Positions 10,406 through 20,572 are shown, counted from the first letter of the stretch. The stretch is DNA of 64,000 nucleotides from Chloroflexota bacterium (GCA_003141955.1 PLOC01000035.1:25116-89115), one strand, 5' to 3'. Notes: generated from the sequence alone by a model not told the origin. Translations and numbers: made by a program.

Positions 10406-12063
10406 TCGTCGCCACCCGGAAGGTCGAAGGCCGCCTGGGCCGAAGCCCTGGCTCGAAGCTCGGCCGCCTGCCGCTCCCATTTCCGGATGTCGGCCGCCGC
10501 GAGGATGCACGGCCGGCGGGCGACGATGACCGAAAGCTCGGACGCGGCCAGACGTTCGAGCAGCAGCCGCTCGAAGCCTTCGGGGTCGGCGTATGGGTCG
10601 ATGACGGTGACGCTGCCGATGCCGATGGCGCTCGCGATGCCTTCGATCGAGAGCTTGTTCGTGGGGCCGTGGTCGAGCGTTCGACCGGTGGCGGGGTGCT
10701 CCTGCTGGCCGGTCATGGCGGTCGTGCCGTTGTCGAGTACCAGCACGACGTGGCCGGTGGGCGGTGGGTTGTAGGCCATCTCCACCAGGCCGGTTATGCC
10801 GGAGTGGACGAACGTGGAGTCGCCGATGACCGAAACCACGCGCCGGGCCTGCGCCGGCGGCAGGACGTGGCGCAGCCCCAGGCCGACGCCGATCGAGGCG
10901 CCCATCGCCACGCACGAGTCCATCGCCCTGTACGGCGGCAGCACACCCAGCGTGTAGCAGCCGATGTCGCCGGCGACGATGCAGTCGTGCTTCGCCAGCG
11001 TTCCATAGACGGTGTGGTACGGGCAGGCCGGGCACAGCTCCGGCGGCTTGCCGCGGGGCGGAGCCGGCTCCGGAGTCACGTCGCGGGCCAGGATGCGGCG
11101 GACCCGCGCCACGTCCAGCTCACCGAAGCGGTACATCTCCGCCTTGGATTCCACGGGGATGCCGGCGGCGCGCAGCGAGTCGGCGATCACGGGATCGCCC
11201 TCCTCCACGACGATGCAGCGCTCGACCGAGGCGGCGAAGGCGCGGGCGCGCTCGATCGGGAGCGGATTGACGAGGCCGATCTTGAGGAAGCTGGCACCGG
11301 GGGCGGCCTCGGCGGCGTGCATGTACGAGATGCCGCTGGTGATGATGCCGAGGCTTAGATCGCCGGGCTCGACGCGGTTCAACGCGCATTCCTCGCCCCA
11401 GGCGGCGATCTCGGCCAGCTTTGCCCGCAGACGCCGGTGGGCCGGGCGGGCATTGGCCGGGATCATCACCCGGCCGGCGATGTCGTGCTCGAAGTGCGGG
11501 GCTGGCGGAGGCGCCGCTTCCCGGGCGACCGCGGTGGGGTCTTCGGACCTGGCGACCACGATGGATTTGGAGTGGCAGACGCGGGTGGTCATCCGGTAGA
11601 GGACCGGGATCTTCCACCGTTCCGAGATTTCGACCGCCGCAAAGAAGAAGTCGTAGGCCTCCTGCGAGTCGGACGGTTCGATCGCCGGCAGCCCGGCCGC
11701 GACGGCGTAGCGGCGGTTGTCCTGCTCGTTCTGCGAGGACGACATGCCCGGGTCGTCGGCGCTGACCACGACCAGCGCGCCGGCCACGCCGGTGTAGGCG
11801 GAGGTGAAGAGCGGATCGGCGGCGACGTTCAGGCCGACGTGCTTCATCGTCACGATCGTTCGCGCGTTCGCGAACGCCGCGCCCAGGCCAACCTCGAGGG
11901 CCACCTTCTCGTTGGGCGCCCACTGGGCGCGCCCGCCCAGCTCCGAGAACGTCTCGAGGATCTCCGTGGAGGGAGTGCCGGGATAGCCGGTGCCCAGGGC
12001 GACGCCGGCGTCGCGCGCCGCCAGTGCGACCGCCTCGTCGCCCGAAAGCAGTTGCCGTTCCAT
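10402..12063 (-). CDS. iorA: Indolepyruvate:ferredoxin oxidoreductase subunit alpha
   Basis: MERQLLSGDEAVALAARDAGV...GYPGTPSTEI, a Cys cluster CPACPYHTV, and the TPP motif GDIGCYTLG...GDSTFVHSG. Confidence 0.9.
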   Translation of the reverse strand: MERQLLSGDEAVALAARDAGVALGTGYPGTPSTEILETFSELGGRAQWAPNEKVALEVGLGAAFANARTIVTMKHVGLNVAADPLFTSAYTGVAGALVVVSADDPGMSSSQNEQDNRRYAVAAGLPAIEPSDSQEAYDFFFAAVEISERWKIPVLYRMTTRVCHSKSIVVARSEDPTAVAREAAPPPAPHFEHDIAGRVMIPANARPAHRRLRAKLAEIAAWGEECALNRVEPGDLSLGIITSGISYMHAAEAAPGASFLKIGLVNPLPIERARAFAASVERCIVVEEGDPVIADSLRAAGIPVESKAEMYRFGELDVARVRRILARDVTPEPAPPRGKPPELCPACPYHTVYGTLAKHDCIVAGDIGCYTLGVLPPYRAMDSCVAMGASIGVGLGLRHVLPPAQARRVVSVIGDSTFVHSGITGLVEMAYNPPPTGHVVLVLDNGTTAMTGQQEHPATGRTLDHGPTNKLSIEGIASAIGIGSVTVIDPYADPEGFERLLLERLAASELSVIVARRPCILAAADIRKWERQAAELRARASAQAAFDLPGGDE

Positions 12064-12334
12064 GTGCCTATTCTCGCCGCTGGCTCGCCACATCGCAGGG
12101 CGCCGGGCGCTCAAAGCAAGCGATCCAGGGCACGGGCGGCCACGGTTCCGGACGACGGAGCCTGAGATGGCCGGCCGCGAGCGACACCGGGCCGCACGAG
12201 TAGCCAGCCAAGGGGAGACGCGCTAGCATGTTGGGTAGTTGGACGCGCGATGAAGCTCGCGCAGTTTCCCGTTCCGGCGGGTGATGGCTTCTGGACTGTG
12301 GTCCGGAAGCCTTTTTCATTACGGAGGCCGAGCC

Positions 12335-12808
12335 ATGAGCTCGATGGTCTCATCCCGATCTCGATACGTGTTCCACCACTCGGCGGGTGCGGTGGTAGTC
12401 GATGAGGGGAGGTGCCTCCTCATCCGGCGCGGACACGAATGGGCGTTCCCGAAGGGCCACCTCGAGCGAGACGAGGCGCCCGAAGCTGCCGCGTGCCGCG
12501 AGGTTCGCGAAGAGACGGGTATCGAGATCGCCCTGGATGACCCGCTCGGGTTCACGCGATACCAGTTCAAGAGCCACAACGGCACGACGAACCGAAAGCA
12601 GGTGGACTGGTTCCTCGCCCACCGCATCGGTGGCGAGATCCAGCACGAGCCGATCTTCGCCGAGGCGAGGTTGGTCAACCTGGACGAAGCCCTCCGGCTG
12701 CTGACGCACGATGCCGACCGGCAGCTGCTCGAACACGCGATTGACCGATTCGGCGCTCGGGCGGCCGCTCCCACAGACGCGGCCGCTCCGACGGGGGACG
12801 AACAATGA
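12335..12808 (+). CDS. NUDIX hydrolase
   Basis: Nudix box [28 protein letters not shown] 12335 preceded by ACGGAGG. The stop overlaps the moxR start (ATGA). Confidence 0.85.
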   Translation: MSSMVSSRSRYVFHHSAGAVVVDEGRCLLIRRGHEWAFPKGHLERDEAPEAAACREVREETGIEIALDDPLGFTRYQFKSHNGTTNRKQVDWFLAHRIGGEIQHEPIFAEARLVNLDEALRLLTHDADRQLLEHAIDRFGARAAAPTDAAAPTGDEQ

Positions 12809-13815
12809 GCACGACGGAGCCGCTCGAGACAAAGACCGCGCTTGCCGGCGAGCATCCGAGCTCCAGCCGGGCGCACGTCGGCCGCTTCTGGCGCGACCTG
12901 CGAGATGCCGTCGCCGTCGCGGTCGTGAGTGAGGAGCCGGCCCTCCGTCTCCTTGCCGTCGCCATGCTCGCCGACGGTCACGCCCTGATCGAAGACGTCC
13001 CCGGAGTCGGCAAGACTCTGCTCGCCCGTGCCTTCGCGCAATCCCTGGGGCTGTCCTTCGGCCGGATCCAGGGGACGCCGGACCTGCTGCCAACCGACGT
13101 CACGGGTTCGAGCATTCTCGAAGCCGGGCGTCTCCGCTTCCTGCCGGGCCCGGTCTTCGCCAACGTCCTGCTCGTCGACGAGATCAACCGCGCGACGCCG
13201 CGAACCCAGTCAGCGCTGCTGGAGGCGATGCAGGAGCGCCAGGTCTCGATCGAGGGCGAAACCCGGCCGCTGCCCGCGCCGTTCCTCGTCGTCGCCACGC
13301 AGAACCCCATCGAGCTGGAGGGGACCTTCTCGCTGCCGGAGGCCCAGCTCGACCGATTCCTGCTGCGCGTGACCCTGGGCTACCCGAGCCGCGACGACGA
13401 GCGGCGCATTGCCCGGCGGTATCGAGGCGGCGATGAGCCGCTCGAGCGGATCAAGCCGATCGTCGATCGCGACACGCTGCTAGCGCTGCGGCGGGCCGTG
13501 AGCGATATCGCCGTGAGCGATGCGGTCGAAGGCTATGCCGTCGACCTGGTCCGGGCAACGCGCGAGCATGCCGATCTGCGCCTTGGGGCGAGCCCGCGGA
13601 CGAGCGTGGCTCTTTTCCGGGCGAGCCAGGCATGGGCCGCGCTCGAGGGGAGGAGCTTTGTCCTGCCCGACGACGTAGCCGCGGTCGTCAGCCCGGTGTT
13701 GGGTCACCGGCTCCTGCTCGACGTGGATCGCCAGCTCCGCGGCGCGACCGTCGAGCGGGTGCTGGCCGAGGTGCTGGCCTCGGTGCCGGTGCCGGTGCCG
13801 GTGCCCGAGCGATGA
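12805..13815 (+). CDS. MoxR-family AAA+ ATPase
   Basis: Walker [10 protein letters not shown], Walker [10 protein letters not shown], and [14 protein letters not shown]...[11 protein letters not shown] typical of MoxR. Confidence 0.92.
   Translation: MSTTEPLETKTALAGEHPSSSRAHVGRFWRDLRDAVAVAVVSEEPALRLLAVAMLADGHALIEDVPGVGKTLLARAFAQSLGLSFGRIQGTPDLLPTDVTGSSILEAGRLRFLPGPVFANVLLVDEINRATPRTQSALLEAMQERQVSIEGETRPLPAPFLVVATQNPIELEGTFSLPEAQLDRFLLRVTLGYPSRDDERRIARRYRGGDEPLERIKPIVDRDTLLALRRAVSDIAVSDAVEGYAVDLVRATREHADLRLGASPRTSVALFRASQAWAALEGRSFVLPDDVAAVVSPVLGHRLLLDVDRQLRGATVERVLAEVLASVPVPVPVPER
13782..13805 (+). repeat. (GGTGCC)x4 hexanucleotide tandem repeat
   Basis: Read directly from the sequence. It encodes the VPVPVPVP tail of MoxR, just before the ATGA junction with DUF58. 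Confidence 0.9.
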
Positions 13816-15047
13816 CCCGCTGGGGACTCGCCTTTGGCCTCGCCCTCGTGGCAGCCGGCGCCGTCGCGACTGCGCCGGGACTCGTCCTGGTGGGGCTCCT
13901 GGCGCTATTCACCACGGGCGTGACCGAGCTGTGGACCCGCTACGGGCTGCGCGACCTCCACTACGAACGGCGGATCGGCCGCGACCGGGCAGTGTGGGGC
14001 GACGAAGTGCCGCTCGACATCGCCGTCTGGAACGACAAGCCACTCCCTCTGGCCTGGCTGTCGGTCGATGACTTCGCGACCCAGGGCGCCGTGGTGCGCG
14101 ACGAGCCGCTCGCGCGGAGCGACCGACCGGGCTTCACCATCCTGCGCAGCCGGTGGACTGTCGGCTGGTACGAGCGCGTCGTGCGCCACCTCACGATCGT
14201 CGCGGACCATCGCGGCGTGTACGCCTTCGGCCCCGTGCAAGCGACGGTCGCCGACCTGTTCGGGCGCGGCGCGGCAACGGAGGAGCACGAAGACCGTGCC
14301 ACGTACATCGTTCGGCCGCGCAGCGTGCCCGTCCGGATCGCAAGCCCGCAGCACCTTCCACTGGGATTCCTGCCGGCTCAGCGCAGCCTGTTCGAGGACC
14401 CGGCGCTCTTCGCCGGCGTCCGCCCGTATCAGCCGGGCGATCCATTGCGGCGCGTTCACTGGCGGGCGACGGCCCGGACGGGAGCGCCGGTGAGCAAGCG
14501 GTTCGACCCATCGCGAGCGCGAGAGGTCCTCATCGCTCTCGACGTGCAGACGATGCCGGGCCCTCACTGGACGCTCCATTTCGACGAGGAGCTGGTCGAG
14601 AGCCTGATGGTCGCGGCGGCATCGCTGGCGCGCCACGCCCTCGCCGAAGGTGCGTCGTGCGGGCTTGCCGCGGCTGCGTTCAGCCGGACGCTCGATCGCT
14701 TCGCCCTCGTCGCCCCTCGTGCCGGCCGGGACCAGCTGGCCGCCATCACCGACCTGCTGGGGCGCCTCAGCGAGGTCCCGTCGGCGCCCTTCGAGTGGCT
14801 CATCGCCCGGCTGCCGCAGACGATCTCGCCGGGCACAACCGTGATCGTGCTCGCCGCCCGCGACCCGGCGCCCTACCTTGCCTCTCTCGCCCGGCTGGAC
14901 CGGTCGGGCTACCCGGTGCAGTTCGTCGGACTCGGCCCGGACGGCCATCGTGCCGTGGCGTCGGCGCGGGCGCTCGGACTGGCGGCGACGAGCGGCTCCC
15001 TGACCCCGGACTGGCGGACGAGCGATGCGTTGGTCCTGGCGAGCTGA
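13812..15047 (+). CDS. DUF58 domain protein (MoxR partner)
   Basis: Internal ATG of ORF 13632..15047 ([13 protein letters not shown]..., N-terminal TM). Signature GDPLRRVHWRATARTGAPVSKRFD. Confidence 0.85.
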   Translation: MTRWGLAFGLALVAAGAVATAPGLVLVGLLALFTTGVTELWTRYGLRDLHYERRIGRDRAVWGDEVPLDIAVWNDKPLPLAWLSVDDFATQGAVVRDEPLARSDRPGFTILRSRWTVGWYERVVRHLTIVADHRGVYAFGPVQATVADLFGRGAATEEHEDRATYIVRPRSVPVRIASPQHLPLGFLPAQRSLFEDPALFAGVRPYQPGDPLRRVHWRATARTGAPVSKRFDPSRAREVLIALDVQTMPGPHWTLHFDEELVESLMVAAASLARHALAEGASCGLAAAAFSRTLDRFALVAPRAGRDQLAAITDLLGRLSEVPSAPFEWLIARLPQTISPGTTVIVLAARDPAPYLASLARLDRSGYPVQFVGLGPDGHRAVASARALGLAATSGSLTPDWRTSDALVLAS

Positions 15048-16413
15048 TCTGCTGCCCGTCGTTCTCGACGCCCTGCTCGAAGGCAGCCTCGTCGGCGTCG
15101 CTTACGCGGCCATCGCGCTCCTTGGCGCGAGCTCGACCGCACCGCTGTCGCTCGTCGAGTTCTGCCTCGCCGCCGCGGCCGGGCTTGTCTGGGCTCGCCT
15201 GCGCCCTCGAGCCGCGCCGCGGGTCCCCTGGATCGCTTCGGCCGCTGTACTTGCCGCCGCTCTCGGCTGGCTCGCCGATCCGGCGGCTCGCGCCACCCTG
15301 GCAACCCTGGACGATCCGGCGGGCGCCCTTCTCATTCACCCCGCAGGCTGGCTGCTCGGCGTCGCCGTCCTTCGCGGCGCCGTCCACGAGCACGCCGACG
15401 ACGAGATCGAGACTTCAACCCGGGCGCTCGCGTATGCCTTCCCCGTGCTGGCTGCGTCGTGGTTGCCGCACCTTCGGTCCGGCGGCCCCTTCGTTGGGCC
15501 GGCCCTCGTCGGGTCGGCCGTCTGCGTCGCTGCCGGGTTGCTCGCGATCGTCCACGCTCGCCTGCGGGAACTCGAGCTGCTCGGCTCGGATAGCCGTGGC
15601 GGGCGCACCTGGCCGATGGTTGCCACCGGCGTCGTGGTCGTGGTCGCCGTTATAGGGATCCCGATCGCGCTCTTGAGCGGGACCTCCGCTCGCGACATGT
15701 TGACTGCGATCGGCGGCCCGGTTGGCGGTGCGATCGGCCTGCTGCTCGCACCGCTCGGCAGTCTTCTCGTCGCGCTGGCGGCCGCGATCGGGCAGGTGCT
15801 CAGCGGCATTCATCTGCCCTCCCTTTTCGGGGCGCCTGGGAGCGTTCCCACCAGCGGGACCGCCGCCGGGAGCCCCGGCGGCTCGTCGGGCGTGTCGCCG
15901 GTCGGCGGACCCGTGCCCGGGGGCTCGCTGCCCCTCGGCTGGCTGGTGGTGGTCGGGGTCGTCGCCGTCATCGTGCTGCTGGCCGTCGGTCTCCGCAGGC
16001 TCGCCGCCACTCGGCCTTCTCCTCCGGACACAGCTCCTCCGCGCGAGGAGCGCCACAGGGAAGTGCGCCCGCCGAAGTTGAACCTCCACCTGCCGCGGCC
16101 CACCATCCATCCCCGCGTCCTCCTGCCGCGGCGTCCGGTGTCGGCCGCCGAGGCTTACCTCGCGCTGCTGGACGAGCTCGCGGGCCGCGGCGAGGTAGGA
16201 CGGCGGCCGGCCGAGACACCGCAGGCCCATGCCGAGCGCGGCGGGACACTCGGGCTGCCGCGCCGGCCGCTCGGACTGCTGGCCGCCGACTACGAACTCG
16301 CGGTCTACGGACGGGCGGCGATCGGCGGGCGAGAAACGGCTCGCGCGATCGGTCGTTGGCGGCAGCTGCGGCGCGCGGCTCGCGGCCTGCCGCGTCACGG
16401 GAGCGCGCCGTGA
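15025..16413 (+). CDS. Polytopic membrane protein with DUF4129-like C-terminal domain
   Basis: Multiple TM helices and a Pro/Gly-rich linker. The C-terminus ...AEAYLALLDELAGRG...PAETPQAHAER...LAADYELAVYGR resembles DUF4129. It overlaps the DUF58 gene end by 23 nt. Confidence 0.65.
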   Translation: MRWSWRADLLPVVLDALLEGSLVGVAYAAIALLGASSTAPLSLVEFCLAAAAGLVWARLRPRAAPRVPWIASAAVLAAALGWLADPAARATLATLDDPAGALLIHPAGWLLGVAVLRGAVHEHADDEIETSTRALAYAFPVLAASWLPHLRSGGPFVGPALVGSAVCVAAGLLAIVHARLRELELLGSDSRGGRTWPMVATGVVVVVAVIGIPIALLSGTSARDMLTAIGGPVGGAIGLLLAPLGSLLVALAAAIGQVLSGIHLPSLFGAPGSVPTSGTAAGSPGGSSGVSPVGGPVPGGSLPLGWLVVVGVVAVIVLLAVGLRRLAATRPSPPDTAPPREERHREVRPPKLNLHLPRPTIHPRVLLPRRPVSAAEAYLALLDELAGRGEVGRRPAETPQAHAERGGTLGLPRRPLGLLAADYELAVYGRAAIGGRETARAIGRWRQLRRAARGLPRHGSAP

Positions 16414-17786
16414 CCGCAACCCACTCCCGCCATATCGTCCTGGTCGAGGTCGAGGAGGCGCTCGGCCCGGGCCTGGACTACGGGCGCGATCTCGAACATG
16501 GCGGCATCGTCGTGCGAGGCGCCCGCGGCGGTGGCCTGTGGCTCGGCGCGGACAGGGGGTTCCTCGTCGACTCCGACGACGGCCACGGTCGCGAGGTGCC
16601 GGTCCTGGTTGCGCTGCCGGCGTCCAGCTTCGTCGGGGCCCGGATCGACGCCGAGCTTGTCGGCGGATTTTCGGGCGGCGCGGGCCTCGTGCTCGTGGCG
16701 CGTCTGCCGGGCGCCACGCTGCCCGTCGATGCCGTTCTTCGGGCCGTCGGGCGTGTGTCGCCGGACGCCACGCGGATCGACGCCGGACGCGCTTCGGAGC
16801 GTGCCTCTGCGGCACGGCGCGCGTTCCGGGAGCGTCGGGGCCGCGGCCGGATCACGGGCGGCCTTGCCTGGCGGCCGCCGGAGGGCATGTCCGCGGAGGC
16901 TCTCCGGTCCGGCGGCGTCTACAGCAAGGCCGAACGTTCGCTCGATCGACTGCCACCGCGCTTCCTGCGCGGACTTGAAGGCATGCTCGACCCGGACGAG
17001 CGTCTGCACTACTCGATCGAGCGGCCCTGGCGTTCGGACGCCGGGCTCCTGACCCGCGTCGGCGGTGGGCGCGACCACCGCTCGGGGCTCCTGCTTCTCA
17101 CCGACCGCGAGGTCCTCTGGCTCGTCGACCACACGAACCCGGATTCGTTCCTGTTCGATTGGGGCGTGGACGTGGACATGGTGCCCATCGAGCAACTCAC
17201 GGGCGTTCGCGTGGAGGATGAGCGCGATGCCCTGCGGCTCGTCCTCCAGACGCAGGGCGGCCGGCACAGCGTGGCCTTGCCGGTCGAGATGGAGGCGGAG
17301 GTCCGAGTGTTCGAGTCACTCACATCGAGCTTCCTGCCAGAGCGCAATCGCGAACGGCTGCGCCGCGTCTACACGACCGAGGCCGTCGAGTTCGTCGAGG
17401 AAACAGCCGAGCGGTTTCGCCAGCTCGACGAGGCGCGGACACTCCGCGAGGCGGCCCGCCGCGCGGCGGCCCGCCGCGAGGCGGGTCAGTTGCTCGCCTT
17501 CGTCTACAGCCCCCGCCGCGAAGGCCAGCGCCAGCCCCTCGGCCTGTGGCTGAGCCCCGCTGAGGTGGGCGTGGTCGGCCCGCGGCCCGAACGGCTCTCG
17601 CTCTGCGACCTGCGAAGCGTCGGGATGGTTCTCTCGCCGCTCATCGCCCGCGTCACGCTGCGGGGCTCCAGCCGGACGCTCACCTTCACTTATCCGGCAC
17701 CCCTGGCGGTCCACGGAGCCGCCCTCGTCAGGCTGCTCCGCCGGCTCTGGGCCAACGGTCCGCGAGTCGAGCCGTCCGCGACGTGA
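16410..17786 (+). CDS. Hypothetical protein: degenerate inorganic-pyrophosphatase-like N-domain plus two PH-like modules (inferred)
   Basis: GTGA overlap with the preceding stop. High third-position GC. See findings for the sequence patterns. Confidence 0.6.
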   Translation: MTATHSRHIVLVEVEEALGPGLDYGRDLEHGGIVVRGARGGGLWLGADRGFLVDSDDGHGREVPVLVALPASSFVGARIDAELVGGFSGGAGLVLVARLPGATLPVDAVLRAVGRVSPDATRIDAGRASERASAARRAFRERRGRGRITGGLAWRPPEGMSAEALRSGGVYSKAERSLDRLPPRFLRGLEGMLDPDERLHYSIERPWRSDAGLLTRVGGGRDHRSGLLLLTDREVLWLVDHTNPDSFLFDWGVDVDMVPIEQLTGVRVEDERDALRLVLQTQGGRHSVALPVEMEAEVRVFESLTSSFLPERNRERLRRVYTTEAVEFVEETAERFRQLDEARTLREAARRAAARREAGQLLAFVYSPRREGQRQPLGLWLSPAEVGVVGPRPERLSLCDLRSVGMVLSPLIARVTLRGSSRTLTFTYPAPLAVHGAALVRLLRRLWANGPRVEPSAT

Positions 17787-17819
17787 CCCGGGCGGCGCCG
17801 GCTGCGGGGGAACGAGAGG

Positions 17820-17896
17820 TGGTGGGCGATACTGGACTCGAACCAGTGACCTCGCGGATGTGAACCGCGCGCTCTAACCAGCTGAGCTAATCGCCC
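17820..17896 (-). tRNA. tRNA-Val (anticodon CAC), CCA encoded
   Basis: Reverse complement is GGGCGAT TA GCTC AGCTGGTT AGAGC G CGCGG TTCACAT CCGCG AGGTC ACTGG TTCGAGT CCAGT ATCGCCC A CCA. All four stems pair. Confidence 0.95.
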
Positions 17897-18002
17897 ACGG
17901 GCACGCGTCGGGGCGCCGACGGAGGCCGATTATAGCGGCCGGCCGACCGACGGCGGGAGCCGCACACGGCGCCCGAACGGTCGCGAGCCCACGTGCCTCC
18001 CC

Positions 18003-18317
18003 CTACAGCTTGAGGCCAGGCCAGCGGGCCGCTATTTCCTCGGGCGAGATTCCCTCGACGACGACCAGCTTGTGCCGACCGGTCGCGCCAGCGACCAGGC
18101 GAACGGCGCTGCGGGCGACGTTCAGCTCGTCGGCAAGCAGACGGATCATGGCGGCGTTCGCGGCCCCGCCCACGGGCGGCGCCGAAACCCTGGCCTGCAG
18201 CATGCCCTCTGCGTCCACGCCATCGACGCGATCGGCCCCGCCGCGGGGCGTGAGGCGTACGCCGAATCGAACCTCCGAGCGGCGCATTCGATCGGTAAAC
18301 CGGAAGTCCGATTCCAT
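18003..18317 (-). CDS. DUF167 (YggU) family protein
   Basis: VRLTPRGGADRVDGV...LQARVSAPPVGGAANAAMIRLLADEL...VRLVAGATGRHKLVVVEG matches the YggU pattern. The internal ATG (MESDF...) was chosen over the longer track ORF. Confidence 0.7.
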   Translation of the reverse strand: MESDFRFTDRMRRSEVRFGVRLTPRGGADRVDGVDAEGMLQARVSAPPVGGAANAAMIRLLADELNVARSAVRLVAGATGRHKLVVVEGISPEEIAARWPGLKL

Positions 18318-18402
18318 GACCGGCCGATTATGGTCGCGATCCGAAAAGTCGCCATCCGACGGGCCGAATATCCCGCCCGACAGCCGTTCGCGCAGCCCTT
18401 CC

Positions 18403-19116
18403 CTACCCGACCGGCCGCGCCCCAAAGAGGGCCCGACCGACGCGGATAAGGGTCGCGCCTTCCTCCACGGCCACCGGATAATCGTCCGTCATGCCCATCG
18501 ACAGCCCCGCGCCGAGCCCGGGCGCGGAGCCGCGCAGCAGTTCGGACAGCTCGCGCAACCGTCCGAACGTCGGTCTCGCCTCCTCCGCCGAGCCCACCAG
18601 CCGCCCCACCGTCATCAGGCCCAGCAGGCGCAGGTTCGGCAGTTCGAGCAGCCCGCCCAGCTCCGCCTCGAGAGCTTCGGGCAGAAAGCCGGCCTTTGCC
18701 TCGTCCCGGTCCACGTTGACCTGCAGGTAGACCTGCAGGGGCGCCCGGCGAAGCTCGCCGGCAAGTCGATCGAGCCTGCGCGCCAGGTCGACCGAGTCGA
18801 CCGATTCGATGACGTCGAACAGCTCGACTGCCCGGCGGGCCTTGTTCGACTGCAGCGGGCCGATCAGATGCCAGGTCGCGCCGGGCAGCAGCGAGGCCTT
18901 GGCCTCGGCCTCCTGGACGCGGTTCTCGCCGAGGACCGTCAGCCCGGACGCGATCGCCGCCTCCAACCGTGACGCCGGCACAGTCTTGGAGACGGCCACG
19001 AGCTGGATGCCCGCCGGATCGCGCCCGACCCGGCGGCACGCGTCGGCGACGGTCGAAAGGACGCGCGAACGCGCGGCGGAGAACGCGGCGGCTGCTTCCC
19101 GATCGGGACCGGCCAA
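18403..19116 (-). CDS. yggS: YggS-family pyridoxal-phosphate homeostasis protein
   Basis: LVAVSKTVP...ENRVQEA...HLIGPLQSNK...LQVNV...GLMTV...LSMGMTDDY. TTG start 13 nt after the ftsZ stop. Confidence 0.9.
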   Translation of the reverse strand: MAGPDREAAAAFSAARSRVLSTVADACRRVGRDPAGIQLVAVSKTVPASRLEAAIASGLTVLGENRVQEAEAKASLLPGATWHLIGPLQSNKARRAVELFDVIESVDSVDLARRLDRLAGELRRAPLQVYLQVNVDRDEAKAGFLPEALEAELGGLLELPNLRLLGLMTVGRLVGSAEEARPTFGRLRELSELLRGSAPGLGAGLSMGMTDDYPVAVEEGATLIRVGRALFGARPVG

Positions 19117-19128
19117 GGCGGCGAAGGG

Positions 19129-20400
19129 TTACCCCTTCTCCTCCTGCGGAGGCCGCCGCAGGAAGCTCGGGATCTCGAGATCCGTGTCGTCGTAGGTGGG
19201 CCGCGGCCGATCGACCGCCGGCCTGCGAACGGACGGGGTCGTCTGGATCGGCACCGGCACCGCCGCCCGCTCGAGCGTGCCAGTTGGCCCGTACGTGCCA
19301 GCGCCCCGGACGTGGACCGGCACCGGCTCCGCCGCGTGCATCCGCTGGCGCTCAAGCTCCGCCAGGAAGTCCGCGGTGTCGAAGCGCTGCGAGTGGCCGG
19401 CGCTCGGCGTGGCCGCTCCCGCCTCGCGCCGCACCGACTCGCGCTTGCGAGTGGCATCGAAGCCCGTGGCGATGACCGTGATCATGACCTCGTCGCCGAG
19501 GCGATCGTCGAAGCTCGTGCCGAAGATGATGTTCGCCTCCGGATCCGCCACGGAGCGGATCTCCTCGGCGGCTTCCGTGACCTCGAACAGGCTAAGATTG
19601 GACGAGCCCGTGACGTTGAACAGGATGCCCTGGGCGCCGTTGATGCTGATCTCGAGGAGCGGGCTGGCGATCGCCTGCCGGGTCGCGTCGAGGGCCCGGT
19701 TGTCGCCGGTCGCCCGGCCGATCCCCATCAGGGCCGACCCGGCGTCCTTCATGACCGCCCTGACGTCGGCGAAGTCCAGGTTGATCAGGCCGGGAACGGT
19801 GATGATGTCGCTGATGCCCTGAACGCCCTGACGCAGGACGTCGTCGACGAAGCGGAAGGCCTCCACCATCGAGGTGTTCTTCTGGACGACGTCGCGCAGT
19901 CGATCGTTGGGGATGGTGATCAGCGTGTCCACCTTGGCCCGCAGAGCCTCGGCCGCTCGCTCAGCCACCAGCTTGCGGCGGACGCCCTCGAAGGCAAAGG
20001 GCTTGGTGACGACGCCGATGGTGAGCGCGCCCAGGTCCCTGGCGATCTCCGCCACGATCGGGGCAGCGCCAGAGCCAGTGCCGCCGCCCAGTCCGGCCGT
20101 GATGAAGACCATGTCTGAATCGCGCAGCGCGTCCGTGATCTTCTCGACGTCCTCCTCGGCCGCCCTCTGGCCGATGGAGGCATCGCCGCCCGCGCCGAGA
20201 CCACGCGTGATCTTGTCGCCGATCCGGATCTTGTGGGGCGCGTCTGACTGGAGAAGGGCCTGGGCATCCGTGTTGCAGGCGATGAACTCCACGCCCATCA
20301 TCTCGGCGCGGATCATCCGGTTGACGGCGTTGGACCCGCCGCCCCCGACACCAATAACTCGTATCAGGGCAAAGTTCTCGGAATCGGACCGTAGCGGCAT
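19129..20400 (-). CDS. ftsZ: Cell division GTPase FtsZ
   Basis: [48 protein letters not shown] preceded by GGAGGA. Confidence 0.97.
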   Translation of the reverse strand: MPLRSDSENFALIRVIGVGGGGSNAVNRMIRAEMMGVEFIACNTDAQALLQSDAPHKIRIGDKITRGLGAGGDASIGQRAAEEDVEKITDALRDSDMVFITAGLGGGTGSGAAPIVAEIARDLGALTIGVVTKPFAFEGVRRKLVAERAAEALRAKVDTLITIPNDRLRDVVQKNTSMVEAFRFVDDVLRQGVQGISDIITVPGLINLDFADVRAVMKDAGSALMGIGRATGDNRALDATRQAIASPLLEISINGAQGILFNVTGSSNLSLFEVTEAAEEIRSVADPEANIIFGTSFDDRLGDEVMITVIATGFDATRKRESVRREAGAATPSAGHSQRFDTADFLAELERQRMHAAEPVPVHVRGAGTYGPTGTLERAAVPVPIQTTPSVRRPAVDRPRPTYDDTDLEIPSFLRRPPQEEKG

Positions 20401-20537
20401 TTCCTATCCTCCGGTGGCTCTCCGGCAGATGCCTGTCGTTCGGTCCGGCCGCCCGAGGCTGGTAGAGATGTAGCGCTGTGCAGGGCCGGCTCGGATGTGG
20501 ACAAGTATACGCCGACTTTGGTTTGCATGCCCTGTGA

Positions 20538-20572
20538 ATCGCACGCTGAAACAAGACTTCTGAGCGTGCGAT
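20538..20572. promoter_or_regulatory. 10-bp perfect inverted repeat in the relatively AT-rich ftsZ upstream spacer
   Basis: ATCGCACGCT (20538-20547) and AGCGTGCGAT (20563-20572), 15-nt loop. Confidence 0.35.

Noticed and set aside
17787-18002. tRNA-Val as an integration hotspot or genomic island border
   Set aside because: No integrase, direct repeat of the tRNA 3' end, or compositional shift is visible on either side. The flanking genes are core (yggU/yggS and the MoxR operon).
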